From assembly GCA_006226965.1 (NCBI GenBank), contig SBGQ01000174.1, forward strand, positions 27,919 to 91,918: 64,000 nucleotides of DNA, written 5' to 3'. The position numbers and the translations under genes are program-made. Within the stretch, counting starts at the first letter, position 1. Each line of letters starts with the position of its first letter. Shown piece by piece: positions 61,381 to 64,000 of this stretch. A model generated the notes under the pieces. It saw nothing but the letters and a program-made list of their open reading frames with translations, did no database searches and was not told the origin of the DNA. This DNA is from a bacterium. GTDB lineage: Bacteria > Bacteroidota > Rhodothermia > Balneolales > M1805.

Positions 61381-61986
61381 CTAGAAAACTCCTACATAAG
61401 CAGCTACACCCAGGCCAACGCCCAATGCGCCCCAAAACATCTTTTGCCAGAAGTTTGGACGGGAAGTAAGCGGATTGTTTTTTCCGCCTTGTTTTACATA
61501 CACAATTTCTGCATTGGCTATTCGATAAGAAGAAACCTGATTATACCCATCAATATCGTTGCTTCTCACATAACCTTTAATCTGCATTTTGTGCAATTCG
61601 CCATTAATCTCGTTGCTTCTGCTGCCAACCAAATACAAATCACCGTTTGGCATAATTTCTTCTATTCTGGCTGAAATCGTACCTCTCAATAACTGGCTCT
61701 GTTGTGCGGAATTTCTGTCATCTGCTTGATAATCAACGGAAGCATTTGCCCCGAATAAAGGTAAAAACGGACTTAAATTTCCTGTAAGTGAACCGGAAGC
61801 GCCGCCGTTTACACCGGATTGATTAGAATTATCCGTGGAAGATGTACCGGAAATATTCTCTTGCAAAATGATGGTAATGATATCGCCAATACGCTTTGCC
61901 TTGTAATCCTGATACAGAGACATTTGCGCGGAAGCTATTGAGTTCCATGCAATTGCGACTAAGAATAAAACGATGATTTTTTTCAT
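61381..61986 (-). CDS. flgH: Flagellar L-ring protein FlgH (no lipobox cysteine)
   Basis: The internal ATG at 61986 (ATGA overlap with the flgA stop) gives MKKIIVLFLVAIAWNSIASA|QMSLYQDYKAKRIGDIITIILQEN... FlgH core motifs are present. Confidence 0.88.
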   Translation of the reverse strand: MKKIIVLFLVAIAWNSIASAQMSLYQDYKAKRIGDIITIILQENISGTSSTDNSNQSGVNGGASGSLTGNLSPFLPLFGANASVDYQADDRNSAQQSQLLRGTISARIEEIMPNGDLYLVGSRSNEINGELHKMQIKGYVRSNDIDGYNQVSSYRIANAEIVYVKQGGKNNPLTSRPNFWQKMFWGALGVGLGVAAYVGVF

Positions 61987-62777
61987 AAAGTTTGCTCCCA
62001 TTGAACGGTGGAAGATGAAGCCACACGGGCTCTGTAAGTTTTTCTGGTTGTCTCGCACCAAACATTTATCACTTCACCTTTTGATGCAGACACACGACTG
62101 ATAACCGGTAATGCTAAGAGTATGCCATTTTGCTCGTAGTATAGCGTAAGTGAATTCCCGGCCTCAACAATTGGCGGCGCACTTAAATCGGACGGGCGAA
62201 TTGGATATCCGTTTCTTAGTAATCCGTTTGCCACTTTTCCATTTACATCCGAAGCTTGCTTAATAATCTCGCCTCGTAAATTCGTTATATCAACCCATTG
62301 ATACGTAAACATAGTTTCACGAAGCATTTCACCAGCCGTAATTCTATCTAAAGGAACGGGTAACATTTCCATCACCTGAATATTAAATTGAACTTTGGTT
62401 TGGCGAGTTTGATTATTTATTTGATACATCACATCAAAAACGGTATAGCCTTTAGGCAAACCTGTATCAACCTGCTTTACTTGTTGAATAACAACGCCTT
62501 TTTGATCTAATTGAGACGGAATTCGTTTTGCAATTACATCAAACTGATACCGATCTCCTTCATAAACCGACTTCACCAATTCGGTAACTTTGGCTTCTAA
62601 TGCTTCCTGTACTTTACTTTGTGTAAGTTCAACTGAAGAACTTTTTTCTATAAACTTCCAACTTGCAAAACCCATCGAATTAGCTCGATTATTCTCACGA
62701 ACGGATGCCTCACCTAAACTGGTGAACGCAATCAGTACTGAAATAATGGAAGCCAACGGAATTTGCAGGATGTTCAT
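61983..62777 (-). CDS. flgA: Flagellar P-ring assembly chaperone FlgA
   Basis: Signal peptide. C-terminal SAF-like region (GNSLTLYYEQNGILLALPVISRVSASKGEVINV). Located between flgG and flgH. Confidence 0.8.
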   Translation of the reverse strand: MNILQIPLASIISVLIAFTSLGEASVRENNRANSMGFASWKFIEKSSSVELTQSKVQEALEAKVTELVKSVYEGDRYQFDVIAKRIPSQLDQKGVVIQQVKQVDTGLPKGYTVFDVMYQINNQTRQTKVQFNIQVMEMLPVPLDRITAGEMLRETMFTYQWVDITNLRGEIIKQASDVNGKVANGLLRNGYPIRPSDLSAPPIVEAGNSLTLYYEQNGILLALPVISRVSASKGEVINVWCETTRKTYRARVASSSTVQWEQTL

Positions 62778-62795
62778 GGTGATTAAGCTTCAGAA

Positions 62796-63590
62796 TTAAC
62801 GTTTAATACCGTTTGTAATACCCATCATCTCTTCAGCGGTTTGAACCATTTTTGAGTTGGTTTCATATGCACGTTGAGCTACAATGAGTTTTACCATTTC
62901 ATTTACGATGTCCACGTTCGAGTTTTCAACAAAACCCTGCATCATCGTTCCAAAACCATCGGAGCCGGGAATACCTAAGAATGGTTCGCCGGAAGCATCC
63001 GTTGCTTCAAATAAGTTATCGCCAACCGCACGCAAGCCAGCCGGATTAATGAATTTTGCTAATTCAATTTGGCCTAAATCAACCGGACTTGTTTGCCCCT
63101 GTAACATGGCAGCTACGGTTCCATCTTGAGTAATACTTATAGATACGGCATCAGATGGGATTTCAATTTGGTCAGCTAAAGGCAAGCCTGAACTGTTCAC
63201 CATTAAGCCGGAACCGTTTAAGGTAAAGTTACCGTCACGTGAATAAGCTACACTTCCGTCAGGTCTTGTAATTTGATAAAAACCGATACCGTTAATTGCC
63301 AAATCAAGCGGGTTTCCGGTTTCTTCAATCGAACCTTGGCTAAAATTTCTGATTGTTGATACAGGACGTGAACCGTGACCAATTTGTAATTCCGGCGCAT
63401 CGTTACCTACGTTGTTTACCGAAGCTCCCATTCTTGAAGCAGAAAGTGTTTGATAAAACAAATCCTGGAACGCAATGGTTGTGCGTTTAAACCCTTGGGT
63501 ATTCACGTTTGCCAAGTTGTTGGCAATGTTATCAACTGAAAGTTGCTGGGCACTCATACCCAAAGCGGCTGTTCTTAAGGCTCTGAACAT
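62796..63590 (-). CDS. flgG: Flagellar distal rod protein FlgG
   Basis: MFRALRTAALGMSAQQLSVDNIANNLANVNTQGFKR and the C-terminal SNVDIVNEMVKLIVAQRAYETNSKMV. Confidence 0.92.
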   Translation of the reverse strand: MFRALRTAALGMSAQQLSVDNIANNLANVNTQGFKRTTIAFQDLFYQTLSASRMGASVNNVGNDAPELQIGHGSRPVSTIRNFSQGSIEETGNPLDLAINGIGFYQITRPDGSVAYSRDGNFTLNGSGLMVNSSGLPLADQIEIPSDAVSISITQDGTVAAMLQGQTSPVDLGQIELAKFINPAGLRAVGDNLFEATDASGEPFLGIPGSDGFGTMMQGFVENSNVDIVNEMVKLIVAQRAYETNSKMVQTAEEMMGITNGIKR

Positions 63591-63607
63591 AATCTTTCTC
63601 CTGTTAA

Positions 63608-64000
63608 TTAAAATCGGCTGAGGTTGGTGGTAACGCGACCTAACAATTCATCGCTGGTTCTCAAATTGCGCTGTTGCGATTCAAATAAGCGCATGTCGGT
63701 TGTCATGGAAATCATTTCCGTTAATGGGTTAACATTTCCTGATTCATAAAACCCTTGGTTCAATGTGCTTTCCAAGTCAATCTCGGAATCAAATCCCTCT
63801 TTTACACTCAGATAGGAATTGGTCATGCGTTCTAAATTTTGTAAGTCAGAAACTCGGTGTAACTGAATTTTATCAACTACTTCATCATTAATTCGAATGG
63901 CACCGTCTTTAGCAACTTCAAACTTTAATTTTGAGTTCTGTAATAAGTTTGAGTTCAATAATTGAGGAAGGTAAATATCGCCTGAACCGCCTTGGACAAA
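63608..64000 (-). CDS. flgF: Flagellar proximal rod protein FlgF, C-terminal part; the gene continues past the window edge
   Basis: Rod-family C-terminus ESGNVNPLTEMISMTTDMRLFESQQRNL. The track start at 63958 is a TTG inside an open frame. My translation stays open to nt 64000 (..FVQGGSGDIYLPQLLNSN..). Confidence 0.7.
   Translation of the reverse strand, partial: FVQGGSGDIYLPQLLNSNLLQNSKLKFEVAKDGAIRINDEVVDKIQLHRVSDLQNLERMTNSYLSVKEGFDSEIDLESTLNQGFYESGNVNPLTEMISMTTDMRLFESQQRNLRTSDELLGRVTTNLSRF

Noticed and set aside
1-64000. Search for CRISPR arrays, rRNA genes, transposases, integrases, phage genes or IS inverted repeats
   Set aside because: None were recognised. The only repeats found are paralogous gene segments, the duplicated terminator hairpin, the tandem flagellins and the short regulatory repeats described above.

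Overview
This 64 kb window is AT-rich bacterial chromosome with two very different halves. No rRNA, CRISPR array, transposase or integrase was seen.

Left half (1-34 kb):
- A partial TauE/SafE permease gene, then a TetR-SDR gene pair.
- A minus-strand island of three paralogous giant secreted proteins (1608, 1523 and 3232 aa). Each ends in a type IX secretion (T9SS) C-terminal sorting domain.
- Two of the giants are followed by near-identical mini-ORFs. One of these (56 aa) falls below the ORF-track cutoff.
- A Bacteroides-style hybrid two-component sensor/AraC regulator lies directly upstream of the island.
- Downstream are an alpha/beta hydrolase, a 4-gene secreted/outer-membrane operon bracketed by identical terminator hairpins, glycyl-tRNA synthetase, a HEPN/MNT toxin-antitoxin pair, asd, an outer-membrane barrel gene and tRNA-Leu(GAG).

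Right half (34-64 kb), a flagellar and chemotaxis supercluster:
- A 1269-aa multidomain methyltransferase/glycosyltransferase fusion and GT2-TPR glycosyltransferases.
- Three tandem flagellin genes, then fliS-fliD-flaG-(unknown)-flgM.
- A sigma54-dependent response regulator, then cheA-W-R-D-Y-X-B.
- On the minus strand: cheY-cheZ, GT2-TPR, TPR, and flgF-G-A-H-I-(rod-binding)-flgN-K-L-fliW-csrA.

Lineage inference: T9SS tails, the hybrid two-component system (HTCS), Gln at +1 of almost every signal-peptide cleavage site, and flagella together point to a flagellated FCB-group organism (Bacteroidota-related, Ignavibacteria/Balneolia-like). This is inference only.

Most interesting candidates:
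- The regulator-linked giant T9SS cargo island with its sorting-signal-only mini-proteins and a shared upstream motif.
- Predicted CsrA hairpins on two of the three flagellin leaders.
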